Shown: positions 28,263-41,011, counted from the stretch's first letter. The stretch: DNA of 64,000 nucleotides from Antedon mediterranea (GCF_964355755.1 NC_092671.1:38450304-38514303), one strand, 5' to 3'. Notes: generated by a model not told the origin, from the sequence alone. A program made the numbers and translations.

Positions 28263-28751
28263 TTTAGGTAGGAGATATTTTTGTCAAACTTTCAGTATCA
28301 CATTGCATTTAATACAAATTTAATTCTTTTTTTTTTATTATTTAACTATCTTAAGCAGGTTTTGCTTAGTCAGTTTCAATTTCTAGATAGCTACTCTATC
28401 ACTTCTGTGTAACACGCAGACTACATCTGATTTCCTGTCCACTAAATGCTTGCATCTTTAATATGGCGAACGAATGAATCATTGACCTTGTGTACCAGCA
28501 CGGAATCAAGGTCAAGTGATATCTTGGAGCGTTAAAGATCAATCGTCCTTCCTACTGGACGCTCTATAGACAACCCCCTCCTTGTCTTCTTAAGCAATAT
28601 TAAGCAGGAACGGACACAAGGCTTAAGGCAAAACAAATTGTTTGGAAGCTTATTCATTTCATCCTCTACTTACACTTCTAAAAATATTTTTGCCGCTTTA
28701 GTTGCACACCAAAAAATCTAAACGAATACCATAAATTTCAATATTAATTAA

Positions 28752-29020
28752 AGATGTATTTTGATGAAGGTTAATAAAAAAAGACTTTCAGTTTCAATAA
28801 AGTTAATCACTTCCATAGAAAAAAATTAATAATGTTTTCACTAAATTTCAATCAAAAAACCCCATTGACTTCCAGTCAATCTATTTTTTTGTGTTAAATT
28901 ACAGTTTTTTCTGGTAAACATTTTTTGTCAAAGTAAATAGCTATTATGTGACACTTAAAGGCCATATTCAACAAAACAATTAAAAAAAATGTTTTTTTTC
29001 AGGGGGACAATATATATATC
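28752..29020 (+). mobile_element. Kolobok-like non-autonomous element
   Basis: TTAA-AGATGTATT...ggggacaatatat; homologous to 36021-36322. Confidence 0.6.
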
Positions 29021-29026
29021 AATTAA

Positions 29027-29633
29027 TTTTTTCACGCTGCTGCTCTAGCCCGCTACGGCTACAGCAGTTATAGTTCTAAGGGCGACAGTTTTGCGAAAAT
29101 GGAAACTCCACTATAATTTATAGATTTCCAGCTCCTACTGTAGACCCAAAAAACGTCTGGGAAAAGAGTCTATTAGGACATGGAGTAAAGAATTAGGACA
29201 TGTCATGCTAAAATTACAAATCCCAAAGCATTTCTGGTATTTATGACTTTTGACTTACTGTCAGATATTCATTGAATTATTATCGAAACAGTCCATTAAA
29301 TTTGTGTTTGTAATAGGATACTTCACACTTGAAATATCTAGGGTGATGAAGTGACTCCCAGACTTTACCTTAGCAATAAAATTAACTAAAGTGATAGAAA
29401 TTGAGTATTCACTTCTGTAACAAAAAAATTATATTTATTCAGTATAAAAAAGAGAAAATAAACCCAAAAACCATTGTCTGACAGACAATTTAAGTATTTG
29501 TTGCTTTAAATGACATTTTTTTCAGGTAAAATAACTATTATGTGACAATAAAATGACACATTCAAAAATATTTGAAATAAAAAATATTTTTCAATAAGCG
29601 AGCAGCGTTTTTTGTAAGAAATATTTCTTGTTT
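29027..29633 (+). mobile_element. Helentron-associated (HINE/DINE-1-like) non-autonomous element
   Basis: Starts in a T-run; sub-TIRs ACGCTGCT / AGCAGCGT; 3' palindrome AAGAAATATTTCTT then GTT; highly similar to 60920-61523. Confidence 0.7.
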
Positions 29634-32600
29634 ATTATTCAATTTAGGTAATTGGTAAGTTTTTACCTAATAACAAATATTTTAGTGCCTTTTTGAATTC
29701 AGCACTCGTCATTTAGCTTTCTTCTCTTTTTACCTTTAATAATTGATAACGACGTTAATGTGATGCAGTTAATGGATTTTGAGCATTAATCTATCATGTG
29801 TGTTTACTGTTGATATTAGCCATGTGTGAAGGGGTGTGTCTTAAATATGTCACATGTTTCCTTCCAACTAATCACAGACATCTAGAACTTAAGGTCAAAG
29901 ATCAAAAGCTGGTTTTCTTATAGCAAAATAATGCAGATTAATGCATTTCTTTTAAAAAATAATAATATATTTATGGATACAAAACTACAGAATTTATTTA
30001 TGCATTCTACAATATAACTTATAAGCCCTTAAAGAAATAAAAAAATGTAGGTTTTTTTAAGTTGTAGGAGTTGAGAGACAGACTGGTTGACAGTCTTTCT
30101 TGCTCTGTATCTCTATTATCAACTTGGTATTACTGTATCACAGACAAATTCTGTAACACTGGGTCACATACATATCACATGTGACACCTGAATGTTATGT
30201 TAGCCTTATGGCATGTAACACTGTATGGCAGAATGTATCATGATACTAAACATGAATCTGCCTCTATTTAAATATATTATTGCCAGTTTTGAGTGATAAG
30301 AGGGATTTTAACATAGACACTTGGACTTAATGTATTCAACACAACAAACAACAAAACTAAATTATATTTGAATTTCACAGATAGATAATTTTATTAAATA
30401 ACAGGCCTTTTATTTTTACATTATTTGAAAGAATTCAGCTGTTAGTTGTATATAGAAAGAAATCTATTAAGTAAATTCACATTAATCCTAAAAAAATTAT
30501 ATCATTTATAATAAATACAGTATTTCACAAGTAATACACTATTATACCTTCTAACATTGTTTTTTTAAATTTGTTATTTTATAGAATAACTATATTTATG
30601 GTATAACCTACTTGAAAAAGAACATTTATATTGTTATTATTTTGGACAAAAAAGGAATGTTACTAATATTTATTACAGCCGGATCCAATCTGGTGGCCAA
30701 AGAAAACTCTGCTACATTTATCAATCACATACAGTATATTGTCCGAAATCCAGAATATGTTGAACACTTATAAACATCCATTTTGTCAGGAATTTTTATT
30801 CTGCCAACCAACCATAGTTATTTTTTTCAAAATCAACCATATTTACTGAAATAAATTCAGTTTAATATGTACCGTAATACAAAAGTTTTTTGAAAAGTAT
30901 TGAAATCTAGTGAAGAAAATATATACTTTGTGAAATGAAAAATAATAATAAATTAGTATAAAAAATAAGAAAACTCTACCAAAATAAAAATAATTAAAAT
31001 TTTTCAGTTAATAATAATAGAATTGATAAATCATAATTATTAAATTTACAGTTTAAAATGTGAATGTAAGAACTTTATATGTAGTAAGCATTTGATATAA
31101 GTACACTTAATGCAAGGCTTTTATTCTGTCTAGGCTTAGAAACTTAAAATAGAAATTAAAATGTTAGACATCCGCTTCATTTCAAACCCATCTGTATTTC
31201 ATTATTAAAATAGCATCAGTGTGTATTTTCTGATTTTACTTTTTTTTAACTATTTTTGAGGTTTGTTTACCTGTAAGCAGAAATGGAATTGCTGCACAAT
31301 ATTTTTGCAGTTAAATTTTACTTCATCTTTAATAAGTATTTTTAGAATTATTATTGATATTAACTTTTATATACAACATAACATTTAACCAAATATGTGG
31401 AATAATTATACTAGTTATAATAAAAAGGTCAAAAATCAAACAAAATTGGTAATGTTATCCTATTGAATGTATTGAGTATTTGGAAAATTATCTTTCTGAT
31501 ATTTCTAAAAATAAAACCGTGTGTGTATATATTTATAAAATCTAATATTTTAAAATTGATATAATTGAAAGTCAATTAGATAAAGGTATACATTTATGTG
31601 TGTAGTATAATAAATACATTGTTTAACATACACCCTCTATAGTTTAGTATAGTTTATTAGCCGTGGTTAACCAGTCACAGATTACTCATAATATGTTAGT
31701 AATATTACTACAAAATAAAGGCACATTTTATCTTAGTTTTTGCTGTTATCATAAATAGTAAATTTAAATGCATTTTGTTTACTGTACACTAAATATATAG
31801 TACATTATCCCAGTGTGTCTAGATAGATGATACTGTAAGTTGTACAAATGGGGTACTTCAATTAGAGATACAAAGATTCTCAGATTAAAAGAAATTTACT
31901 ATTTTTAATGATCAAAATTATATACATTTATATATTTTTTGTTATAAATAATTCGATCATTAATTCCAAAATTTCACAAGACTCCTACAATATATGAAAT
32001 GTATAGTATAAAATTCATGAACCCTAAATTAGAAAGATATAAATATGCATTATCCTTCTTGTCCAAAATACTAGAAAAATGTCTACAAAGTAACAGAGCG
32101 AACATCTAAACTTGCTACCAAAAAAGATGTTTAAAACCATAAAGAAAAGGGTGGTTGAAAATGGACCAGTAAATGGGATAGGTAAGAAGAGAAGGCAGAT
32201 ATATGGTTGAATGTGCAGTAACATCCAAATACAAAACAACTTATATACGACTAAATTCAATTGAAATTTCATTTGAAATACTAATTTAAAAGGAAGAGGA
32301 AATACATAATTATTTATAGAGCTTTTTATATTCTACAGCGAGCACCACATGTTACATAATCTCACATAACTATTTCTAACTATAAAAAAATAAATAAAAT
32401 CATGCATGTGCATGGATAACGGAAAGAAGAAGGTAAAGGAAGTCAAACAGAAATGTTGTCAACTATAGTACAGTACGCCCTCTATAAATCAAATCAACAA
32501 ACAAGTAATGGCAAACTTTAAGAACCAATATAAGTGTCTCCCAATAGAAATGTCCTCTGTGCTCCAAATTTGGTTGTGGGTGTAGATGGTATGCTTACTC

Positions 32601-33195
32601 CATCTTCCATACCATTTCTCCTTGTTATAGCCTCCCATTATTATTTAAATATATTTCTTGATCCCACAAATCGTAACATCTTTGGCTTGTCAATGGTTTC
32701 ACCGTAATAATAATTATAAAAAGTCAAGTGCATAGTAAAACGGTGATATCCAATTTTCTGCGTTCAACTTTAATTTCAAAGGCATGATTTCTTTGTAACG
32801 CGATCCATATTTAAGAAGTCCTTTTTGCATATTTTATGTGATTTGTACATAAAAAAAGTTTAAAAACTGAAATATTATATTAGTACTAACAAATGACGTG
32901 ATGGATTAGTAATAACAGTTGAAAAATTAATAAAACTTGAAATAAAATTAGCAATGTTTATCCGGACCTCGTTGAGGAAATGTCTTACGGTAAAATATTC
33001 TGGTTATCGCAGTCATTGTTCTTTGAAATCCAACGCCCCGTGATTGATTGATTGCGCAATAAGTTAAGTTAAAACGCATGATGACCCATTTCATGGTGGT
33101 AGTGTTAAGGAAATGAATTAAAATTCAAAAAACGTGAACAATAACATCAACAGGAATAACTGAATCACCTTCATGTGTAGATTGCTGGGGTGACG

Positions 33196-33369
33196 AGTCT
33201 ACTTGTTGCTGGGTCGGAGTCTACTTGTTGCTGGAGTTGGAGTAAACTTGTTGCTTGGGTAAGGTGTCTACTTGTTACTGGGGTGAGGATTCTACTTGTT
33301 GCTGGAGTTGGAGTCTACTTGTTTCTGGAGTTGGAATCTACTTGTTTCTGGAGTTGGAGTCTACTTGTT
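33196..33369. repeat. Tandem repeat of about 23 bp x8 overlapping the GULP1 stop codon
   Basis: ctacttgtt (reverse complement AAC AAG TAG) at 33199, 33221, 33244, 33268, 33292, 33315, 33338 and 33361. Confidence 0.9.
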
Positions 33370-33435
33370 AAGGGGGTCAAGGTCAGCTAATGAGAAATCA
33401 TCGTTACTCAGTGTCAATCCAGTTGCAAAACCCTC
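33361..33435 (-). CDS. GULP1: GULP1/ced-6 final coding exon
   Basis: ttttcag|EGFATGLTLSNDDFSLADLDPLNK*; resembles the GULP1 C-terminus EGFKMGLTL...LDPL. Confidence 0.9.
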   Translation of the reverse strand, partial: EGFATGLTLSNDDFSLADLDPLNK

Positions 33436-33923
33436 CTGAAAAATATGACAAAATGATCAATTTACAGTTTATTAGTAAACACTAAACATACTACCTACGT
33501 TAGATTATTATTCTCAGAAGAGTGGTTGTCCCTAAGCTGGCAAGATTTTCTCACACATGCATGCAAATTAACAATTTTTCACATTGATACCACCACAGTG
33601 GCGGATCCAGAAGTTTGAAATAATGGGCCCAGGGTATAAAAATTGTGAAATACAGTGTTGAACTTAATCTAATGTCAAACAAAATAAATTAGGAGGTAGG
33701 GGTAGCTTGAGTCAATAATTATTTACAATAACAATAGAAAACAAGATTTCCAAATTAGGACATTATCTCCTACAACTGGTTCCTTGGTAAGCTATCAATA
33801 GTAAACAATAGCATCTTGTTAACTACCAAGGGATTGGTAGAAAGAGACTGATACTTTTTCATAGGATTAATGGATGTTGGAATGAGCAAAGTTTAGGAAA
33901 TAAATTAAATGTTGGAGATTTAT

Positions 33924-34090
33924 AGCTCTGTCTACACTATCAAACTTTATGTGAAAACAAAATGTGATATGCTCATAAACTGTATGGACATGATGATGTC
34001 ATATTACTACCATATTTGGGCATATCACTACCATATTTTGGCATATCACACACTTTTTTGTCAAACTAGTTTAATAGTGTAGACAGAGCT
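33924..34090. mobile_element. MITE family A
   Basis: Same TIRs. Confidence 0.9.
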
Positions 34091-34657
34091 TTAAGGCAAA
34101 AGCTAGTATAAATAGCAGTGGAATCAGGGAATGGTAGGGTAAATTAAATAGTGTGTTAAAACTGGATAAATAAGAATCTAAAAAATGGAATTAGGAATTG
34201 AATATCCGGGAATAACATTTAAATGAAACAAGGGAATAAAATAGAACATGCACTAGTGTCTGAAGCAAGGAAAGGGAATTGGAAACAGTCGGATAAGGAA
34301 ATTGATAAAAAATGAATTAATCTGAAATTGTCTGCTATATATGGAAATGCCGGATCATATTTTCAATGCTGAAAACTTAATATCAGGTATAAAATAAGTA
34401 ACAATATTTTATAAATTGTAGGTTCTCATAATTGTTACTATGAGAATTTAACAATTTGAAAACCATCTTGTAGTTAGTTTGGTTTTTTTTTTTTTAGAGT
34501 TTAGATACAATTGAAATAAAACACAAGCGAACAAAACCTAAGGAAACTCAAAACGATTCTGTTTTTGTCTTTCTTGCATGAAACCATGCATATTACACGA
34601 AACAGACAAAACTAACTTTATACAGTTTTCTACTGTAGAAATAACACAAACAACTAA

Positions 34658-34798
34658 AGCTCTGTCCACACTATCAAACTTTATGTGACATAAAGATGTG
34701 ATGTGCTCATATATGGACATGATGATGTCATATCACTACCATATTTGGGTACATTACACTTTTTTTTGTAAAACTAATTTGATAGTGTGGACAGAGCT
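34658..34798. mobile_element. MITE family A
   Basis: TIRs agctctgtccacactatcaaa, TAA/TTA flanks. Confidence 0.9.
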
Positions 34799-34859
34799 TT
34801 AGATTCAACCAATACAACACAGGTAACACTAAACTGCTGTGTGAACGGGAACCAAACAT

Positions 34860-35180
34860 AAAAAGGTTTCTGTGAGGAGGCTATGACTGAACAAATCCGA
34901 CGTAAACATTTTTAATTTTTTAATTTGTTATGCGAAAAAGCCATGATACATAAACATGCTCAATCAACGAATCACAGTGCGTCTACACAGGTCTGTGAAT
35001 AGCGAACATAAATAGATTGTAGGTGCTATTCATGTAGGTCTGTGAAGAAGCTACACCACACTGAAAACACAACAAGTGGTGTTCCACACAGGTCTGTGAA
35101 GAAGCCATGACACTAAAAGCAGCACAGGTGCAATTCACGAAGGTTTGTGAAGAAGTCATGACACATCAACAATACAGGTG
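34860..35180. repeat. Degenerate tandem repeat of about 50-55 bp
   Basis: aggtctgtgaagaagc recurs about four times. Confidence 0.6.
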
Positions 35181-35553
35181 ACTGTACAGTTACCTTAATT
35201 TAATCAGGAAGTTCTATTGACCCCAAAAGGTCAGTCTGATTGAGCTGTGAGAAAGTGTTAAGTGAAAATAAATAATATTATAGGAGTGAAAATAATATTA
35301 GAGAGTGAAAATTTAATAAACACCTTATAGATCGTAGATAGAAAATTTTGGAAATTTTAAGCCGTAATAAAAAAATAAAATGATTGAACTATTATATTAT
35401 ATGAAAGATCTACAAAAATATTGTTACAACTCTACTTGAGGGCAGTAGACATATTTTAAGTTATAAGAGGTTTTTTTTAAATATTCATAAGTAACAATTG
35501 ATACATGATGTAATAATATTTATCCATTTTTAAATTTTAAAAATAATATTTAC

Positions 35554-35660
35554 CTGCATCTCCCTCATTTGCTGGTCCGCTGGACTATCAAAACCGGTGC
35601 CTGGGGACAGCACTTCAAAAGGATTAAATGCAGCAGTCGGGTAAACTGGAGCAGCGCCAC
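35554..35660 (-). CDS. GULP1: GULP1 exon
   Basis: ag|(G)GAAPVYPTAAFNPFEVLSPGTGFDSPADQQMREMQ|gtaaat; phase 1 to 0. Confidence 0.88.
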
Positions 35661-36020
35661 CTATAGCCAAAAGTAATGCATATTTAAGTCAGCATGTAAA
35701 CTACTTACAATAATATTGTGTATAAGTAAATCAATTGTGTTGCGTAGCATTGTGTAAATTATATATAAATAATACTGTCATTGTCAAATTATGGAAACAG
35801 TGACAACTTAAATATAAATTTGACAGGAAAACAAATATTCTAAACTGCACACTGATACTAGAAATTCATTATTTTTAAATGTAATGTTATGAAAAACTTA
35901 AAAATATTGATGCTTTCTTTTCTTCCATACTAGGTTGTTACTTGTCAAGTTTCATTTCATTCAATGGACGAGAGAAATAAATAATCTTGTCTAGTTCACC
36001 TTTACCCATCATAACTTTAA

Positions 36021-36322
36021 AGATGTATTGTCCCCCAAAAACATGAAGAATAAATCAGACTTTGAAAAGGTTTTAAATAAAGTTAATCACTTTCGTAGTC
36101 ACTTATAAAATGACAAAATAAATGGTTAAATTCAATCAAAATCCCATTGACTGCCAGCCAATTTGATTTTTTTGCTTTAAATTACAGTTTTTTTCAGGTA
36201 AATCAATGTTTTTTTTCCCGATCCAATTTTTGGTCAAGGTGGATAACTAATATGTGACAATAAAATGGCAAATTCAAAAAAAAAATTGAAAAACATTTTT
36301 TTTGAGGGGGGACAATATATCT
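36021..36322 (+). mobile_element. Kolobok-like non-autonomous DNA transposon
   Basis: TTAA TSD on both sides; TIRs AGATGTATTGTCCCC / GGGGACAATATATCT. Confidence 0.8.
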
Positions 36323-36392
36323 TTAAAGACAATACAAAAACAATAATAGAGGGCAGCAGACACAAAAAAAGTAGAAAATATTGAACAATCAC

Positions 36393-36485
36393 CTCCTGCA
36401 GAGAGATCTAGAATGGTAGGCTTGGTAGGTGCTTGAAAAGGGTTGGGTGAGCTTGGTTTTCCAGGAGGGGGTACAAGGCCTAGCC
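36393..36485 (-). CDS. GULP1: GULP1 exon
   Basis: cttttcctag|(G)LGLVPPPGKPSSPNPFQAPTKPTILDLSAG|gtgatt; 93 bp, phase 1-1. Confidence 0.85.
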
Positions 36486-36645
36486 CTAGGAAAAGAGTAC
36501 AAAAGCAACACAACATATATGCTATGCAATTAAAACAGACATTAGTATACAAAATATAGTTCACCAGGTTAAAAAGAGGTAATGCAGTCTACACTACAAG
36601 ATACACATGCAATAACTAACAGATACATTGATGGGTTTAAAGTAA

Positions 36646-36828
36646 AGCTCTTTCTGCACTATCAAACTTTAATCGACAACAAAATTGATGTGCCCATATA
36701 TGGACATGATGAGGTTATATCACTACCATATTTGGGCACATCACTACCATATTTGGGAATATCACCACCCTATTTCAGCACCTCACACTTTTTTTTTGTT
36801 AAACTAGTTTGATAGTGTAGAACGAGCT
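36646..36828. mobile_element. MITE family A
   Basis: Same TIRs, TAA TSD, extra internal 20-bp unit. Confidence 0.85.
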
Positions 36829-37198
36829 TAAAATTCAAATTATGACACGCTGAAAGAAGATGATGCTAAGATCGAAACATTGAACCTTAATTAAGAGAAG
36901 ATATACACGTTAATAGCATCATTTAAAACAAACATTTTAGGTGTGTTTGACTGGTTGCTTACATGCTCCTCAAACTGCTTCCAAAAGATCTATTCACGCT
37001 GCTCATATACAAACAGTCCGAGGAGCTAGATCTCCTCAAAACAGACCAATCGGATAGGCCTATCAAATCATGTACCATAAATGGGTTGGAATGCAAGCTT
37101 TATGATAACAATTTTTCTCAATAATAATTTTCATCTATAAATGTACTTCCAAATATCACAAATAAAAGCAACAAGCAGCAGACAACATTATAGCTTAC

Positions 37199-37255
37199 CT
37201 GCTTGAGGGCGTCCTTGTGGCCTAGGTCTTCTGGTTGCAAGTGGAGGCGGAATTG
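37199..37255 (-). CDS. GULP1: GULP1 exon
   Basis: catttcag|(A)IPPPLATRRPRPQGRPQA|gtaagc; 57 bp, phase 1-1. Confidence 0.85.
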
Positions 37256-37299
37256 CTGAAATGAAAAATGATAAAATGTTATATTTCAGGAATAAAATT

Positions 37300-37461
37300 C
37301 AGGGCCGCAGCCAGCATGAGGCAGACGAGGCGCTTGCCTCATCTAAAATATTCAATTTTCACCATCCACCCCAATTCCCCAGCACAGATCGTCAAATTTT
37401 ATATTAATAATTATATTTAAAGCATCTTCGCCCTGTCTGTTTTAACCTCTCGAAACGGCCT
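37300..37461. mobile_element. hAT-like MITE, degenerate
   Basis: CAGGGCCG...CGGCC ends, taaaatt on both flanks, internal gaggc/gcctc motifs. Confidence 0.45.
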
Positions 37462-38545
37462 TAAAATTAAAAACAACTTTTTATTGTCAATAACACACAT
37501 TTTCATAGGAAGAAGTGGGTGCGAGCTTGCTGTAGAAAAATGTGTACCAACAGTGGATATAAAAGTGTTTAGCAAACTATCACACAGCATACCACATTCA
37601 TTATGAATGTTTAAGTAAATCTTTTCACCTGAGGTAAAGTTCTCATAAACACAAATTATTTTTCAAGAATTTAATATTCATACATATTACTGTTTAGTAC
37701 TCAAAACCAGTTGAAGCTATTTGATCAATAAATTATTGATCACCAATACAAGTTAAAGTTCACCACCAATTTATGATTATATGGTTATATAAAAAAAACA
37801 GTATATTAAACCATGGAGCTGTTATTTTTATAGCTCCATGATACAGCTTTATTAAATACTTTTATACACCTCTCATGAGCTTTTTAGGATAAATTACTAT
37901 ATTTCTTTAGTTAGTTTTAAATAATAATAATTGGTTAATAATCTATTATTCATTCCTACAGTATACACATGATTAAGATGTTTAATGTTAAAAATAAGTA
38001 CTGTACACAAACAATTATGTTATTGTAAACTTCTATATTAAATCACATGCATGTGACAAAATGTTATTTCATACAAAATATATGCATACGTCACCAAATC
38101 ACACTCATATTTTTCTGTATGGCATCATCTATTTTGACGATTAATTTTCATTTATAATGTAAAGCACATGGAAGTTGCATGTGCTATGTCATTAAAGATC
38201 AAAATATGTTTATGATCATATTTATTATAAGGTAATTTATCAACAGTGACCAGTTCTTAATAAGGAGTTTCCCAATTTGTATACTGCAAAAAAATAAACT
38301 GTACTTTAGTGGGTATAAGTCTACCGATAAGTACAGAAATAAAATAAGTACATGTACACAAGCCAAATTAAAGGTAAAGGTATTCATATTTGTCCTCAAG
38401 CTTAATTATATTGGAAGATTATCCATTGATACACAAAAAATGGAAAAAACATTTTTCCTATTGTGCCATACAGTTCAAAATGAAAAATGTTTATCATAGT
38501 AAAATGCTATATTCATATCATGATTTACAGCGTATACAAATATAA

Positions 38546-38692
38546 AGCCCTGTCCACACTATCAAACTTTATGTGACAAAAAATGTGATGTGCCCATATT
38601 GACACGATGATGTCATATTACTACCATATTTGGGAATATCCCTACCATATTTGGGCATATCACACTTTTTTTTTATCAAACTAGTTAGAGCT
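38546..38692. mobile_element. MITE family A
   Basis: Left TIR intact, right TIR internally deleted, TAA TSD. Confidence 0.85.
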
Positions 38693-38817
38693 TAACTATT
38701 TACTATGATAATGTTATAATAGCTCTTCAATATTCTCTCTTTCATGTGTTGGTTAATGCTTAGTTGATTGTAATGAGATTAGATAAATGAAGCAACAATA
38801 AACAGGTTATACTCAAC

Positions 38818-38883
38818 AGGTAAGAGTGGGAGACCGAACTTGAGAACGAGTTCGAGTTTTTTTATCAGGTGGAGCTGGTAAAA
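38818..38883 (-). CDS. GULP1: Candidate alternative GULP1 exon (cassette, or terminal exon with stop at 38813)
   Basis: ccttcatctatag|(V)LPAPPDKKTRTRSQVRSPTLT in the correct phase; donor gttgag is weak. Confidence 0.45.
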
Positions 38884-39039
38884 CTATAGATGAAGGAGAT
38901 AACAAGAACATGACGGATGGGAATACATCAAAAGGTGGAAGACAATGAAGATAAACAAACATAATATACATAAAAAGATTAAAATGATGCAAAACAAAAT
39001 GATGTTGTTGAGCTAGTCTTGTTAATGTGGTATTGTTGA

Positions 39040-39440
39040 TAAAAAAGATGATGGATAAAGATGATGATGAAGGATAATGATAAAGATGATGACAAAGATG
39101 ATGATAATGAAGGTAAAGATGATAGAGATGATGATGAAGATGATGATGAAGATAATAAAGATGATGATGATTAATGATGATGATAAAGATGATGATGATA
39201 AAGATGATTATACTAGTGATGATAAAAAAGATGAGGGATGATGACGATGATAATGATGATGGTGATATGATGATGATTATGATAATGATGTTCATTATGA
39301 TGATGATAAAGATGATGATAATTAAAAAGATGATGATGATGATGATGATAAATATGATGGTGATATAGATGATAATAATGATGATGATAATGATGGTGAT
39401 GATGATAAAGATGATGTTGATGATGATAATAATAAGATAT
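39040..39440. repeat. Degenerate (GAT)n microsatellite
   Basis: About 400 bp of gat/gataaa repeats. Confidence 0.95.
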
Positions 39441-39627
39441 AACTTGAATTGCCGAGTATCATGAATTTCTGTATGTTTTATTTATACAAACAATTAACAT
39501 TTCTTGAATCTTGAAAATTAACAATGATGGATGATATGATGAAGATAAAATAATGATTCATTAATAATTAATAGTTACCGTAGTCAAAATATTTCTTTAA
39601 ACTGGTAACTAAAGTTTCAATTATTAC

Positions 39628-39802
39628 CTGGAATACCATTGTTGGAATTATTCGTAATAGCACCGTGATCAACACTGTGGCCATTACCAATGCTAGGCTG
39701 GGCTTCAAATAAACTTGGTGCCTGTCCATTCGTCACAGAGGTACCATTGACATTTCCTGATGGGTTGAAGGGGTCCATCACAAACAGATCACCAGATGTG
39801 GC
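39628..39802 (-). CDS. GULP1: GULP1 exon
   Basis: ttttactag|ATSGDLFVMDPFNPSGNVNG...NNSNNGIP|gtaata; 175 bp, phase 0 to 1. Confidence 0.88.
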
Positions 39803-39967
39803 CTAGTAAAAAAACACTTTCTATTAAACACAAATAAGGTAAATTATACTAAAACTATTGTAAATTATTCAATTCAAATAAACAAATTATTAGTAATAGT
39901 AAAATTTAATAATAAATCAAAATGGCAATGTGTATCAGGATCATGGAGGTAATATGGTAAAACTAAC

Positions 39968-40081
39968 CGGTTCTGAAACTTGTGCATTTGATTCATGGTA
40001 TGAGGGCGGTAGACCAGGTAAACCTTCCAGTTCCGTTATCCTCAACTTTAGCTTTGAATTTTCTATTTCTAATTCCTGGAT
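39968..40081 (-). CDS. GULP1: GULP1 exon (leucine zipper)
   Basis: ccag|IQELEIENSKLKLRITELEGLPGLPPSYHESNAQVSEP|gttagt; compare human IQDLETENMELK. Confidence 0.92.
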
Positions 40082-40168
40082 CTGGAGCATAAAACAAATT
40101 CATATTTATATATACATTATGGAGTGAACACTGATAGAAAAAAATAATCTCTCAAATATCATTACTAA

Positions 40169-40680
40169 AACATTAACCAAGAAACACCATTATGTATTTG
40201 TTATCCCTTTTCCTAGAACAGAAACTTTCAGTTTTATTTACAGAGCACCAACCTATCTAAATGTGCTTCCCTCCAAACTGAGAAAAACGTGGTGTCACTA
40301 AATTATTTGGGACCAAATGAAAAATTGCTATGATAGTATAGTTCTATACTATATTTTTGTATACGTCTTTGTTTTTTGTTTTTCATATGTTTGTTTTATG
40401 TTACATAACATTAACCAAGAAACACCATTATGTATTTTTCATCCCTTTTCCTAGAACAGAAACTCTCAGGAACCGTTTAATTTACAGAGCACCAATCTAA
40501 ATATGCTACCCTCCAAACTGAGAAAAACGTGGTTTCACTAAATTATTTGAAGTCTGTTCTTAAAAAATATTTGGGACCGAAAGAAAGATTTCTACGACAG
40601 TATAGTTGTATACTATATTTTTGAGTAAGTCTTTGTTTGTTTTTGTTTGTTTTTCATATATGTTTGTTTTATGTTTATGT
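40169..40680. repeat. Intronic direct duplication (unit of about 240 bp, two copies)
   Basis: aacattaaccaagaaacaccattatgtatt...ccctccaaactgagaaaaacgtgg at about 40169 and 40407. Confidence 0.85.
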
Positions 40681-40894
40681 GAGGGGCCCCTTGATTGCTG
40701 TTTAGGGTCACCCTCTATAAATATTAGTATGTATTCAGTATCACTATATATTCATAGTGGTCCTCTAGAGGTCTGTTTAGTTACAAATCATCAATCTTTT
40801 GAAAAAGCTGTTTGAACAGAAATGTTAATTTTGCTGTTACCATTTCTCTTTTAATATTGATTTGATGAAACAAAAGTTCAAGCTCAACACGTAC

Positions 40895-41011
40895 CTTTCT
40901 TTGCAAGTTGGTAATCTGTTTTTTCATATCAGTCTCTTTTGTTGAGGTATCCAGGAATTTCTTATAGGCAAGATCAAAAGCTTGACCCACAGTCAAAGTA
41001 ATTTCTTCAGC
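40895..41011 (-). CDS. GULP1: GULP1 exon (PTB C-terminal helix)
   Basis: tgtag|AEEITLTVGQAFDLAYKKFLDTSTKETDMKKQITNLQRK|gtacgt. Confidence 0.97.

Noticed and set aside
33196-33369. CRISPR-like array (also considered for 1190-2171 and 42215-43215)
   Set aside because: No unique spacers, no cas genes, and a spliceosomal eukaryotic context; these are plain tandem repeats.
38813-39368. His/Ile-rich and Met-rich ORFs
   Set aside because: Translations of the (GAT)n microsatellite.
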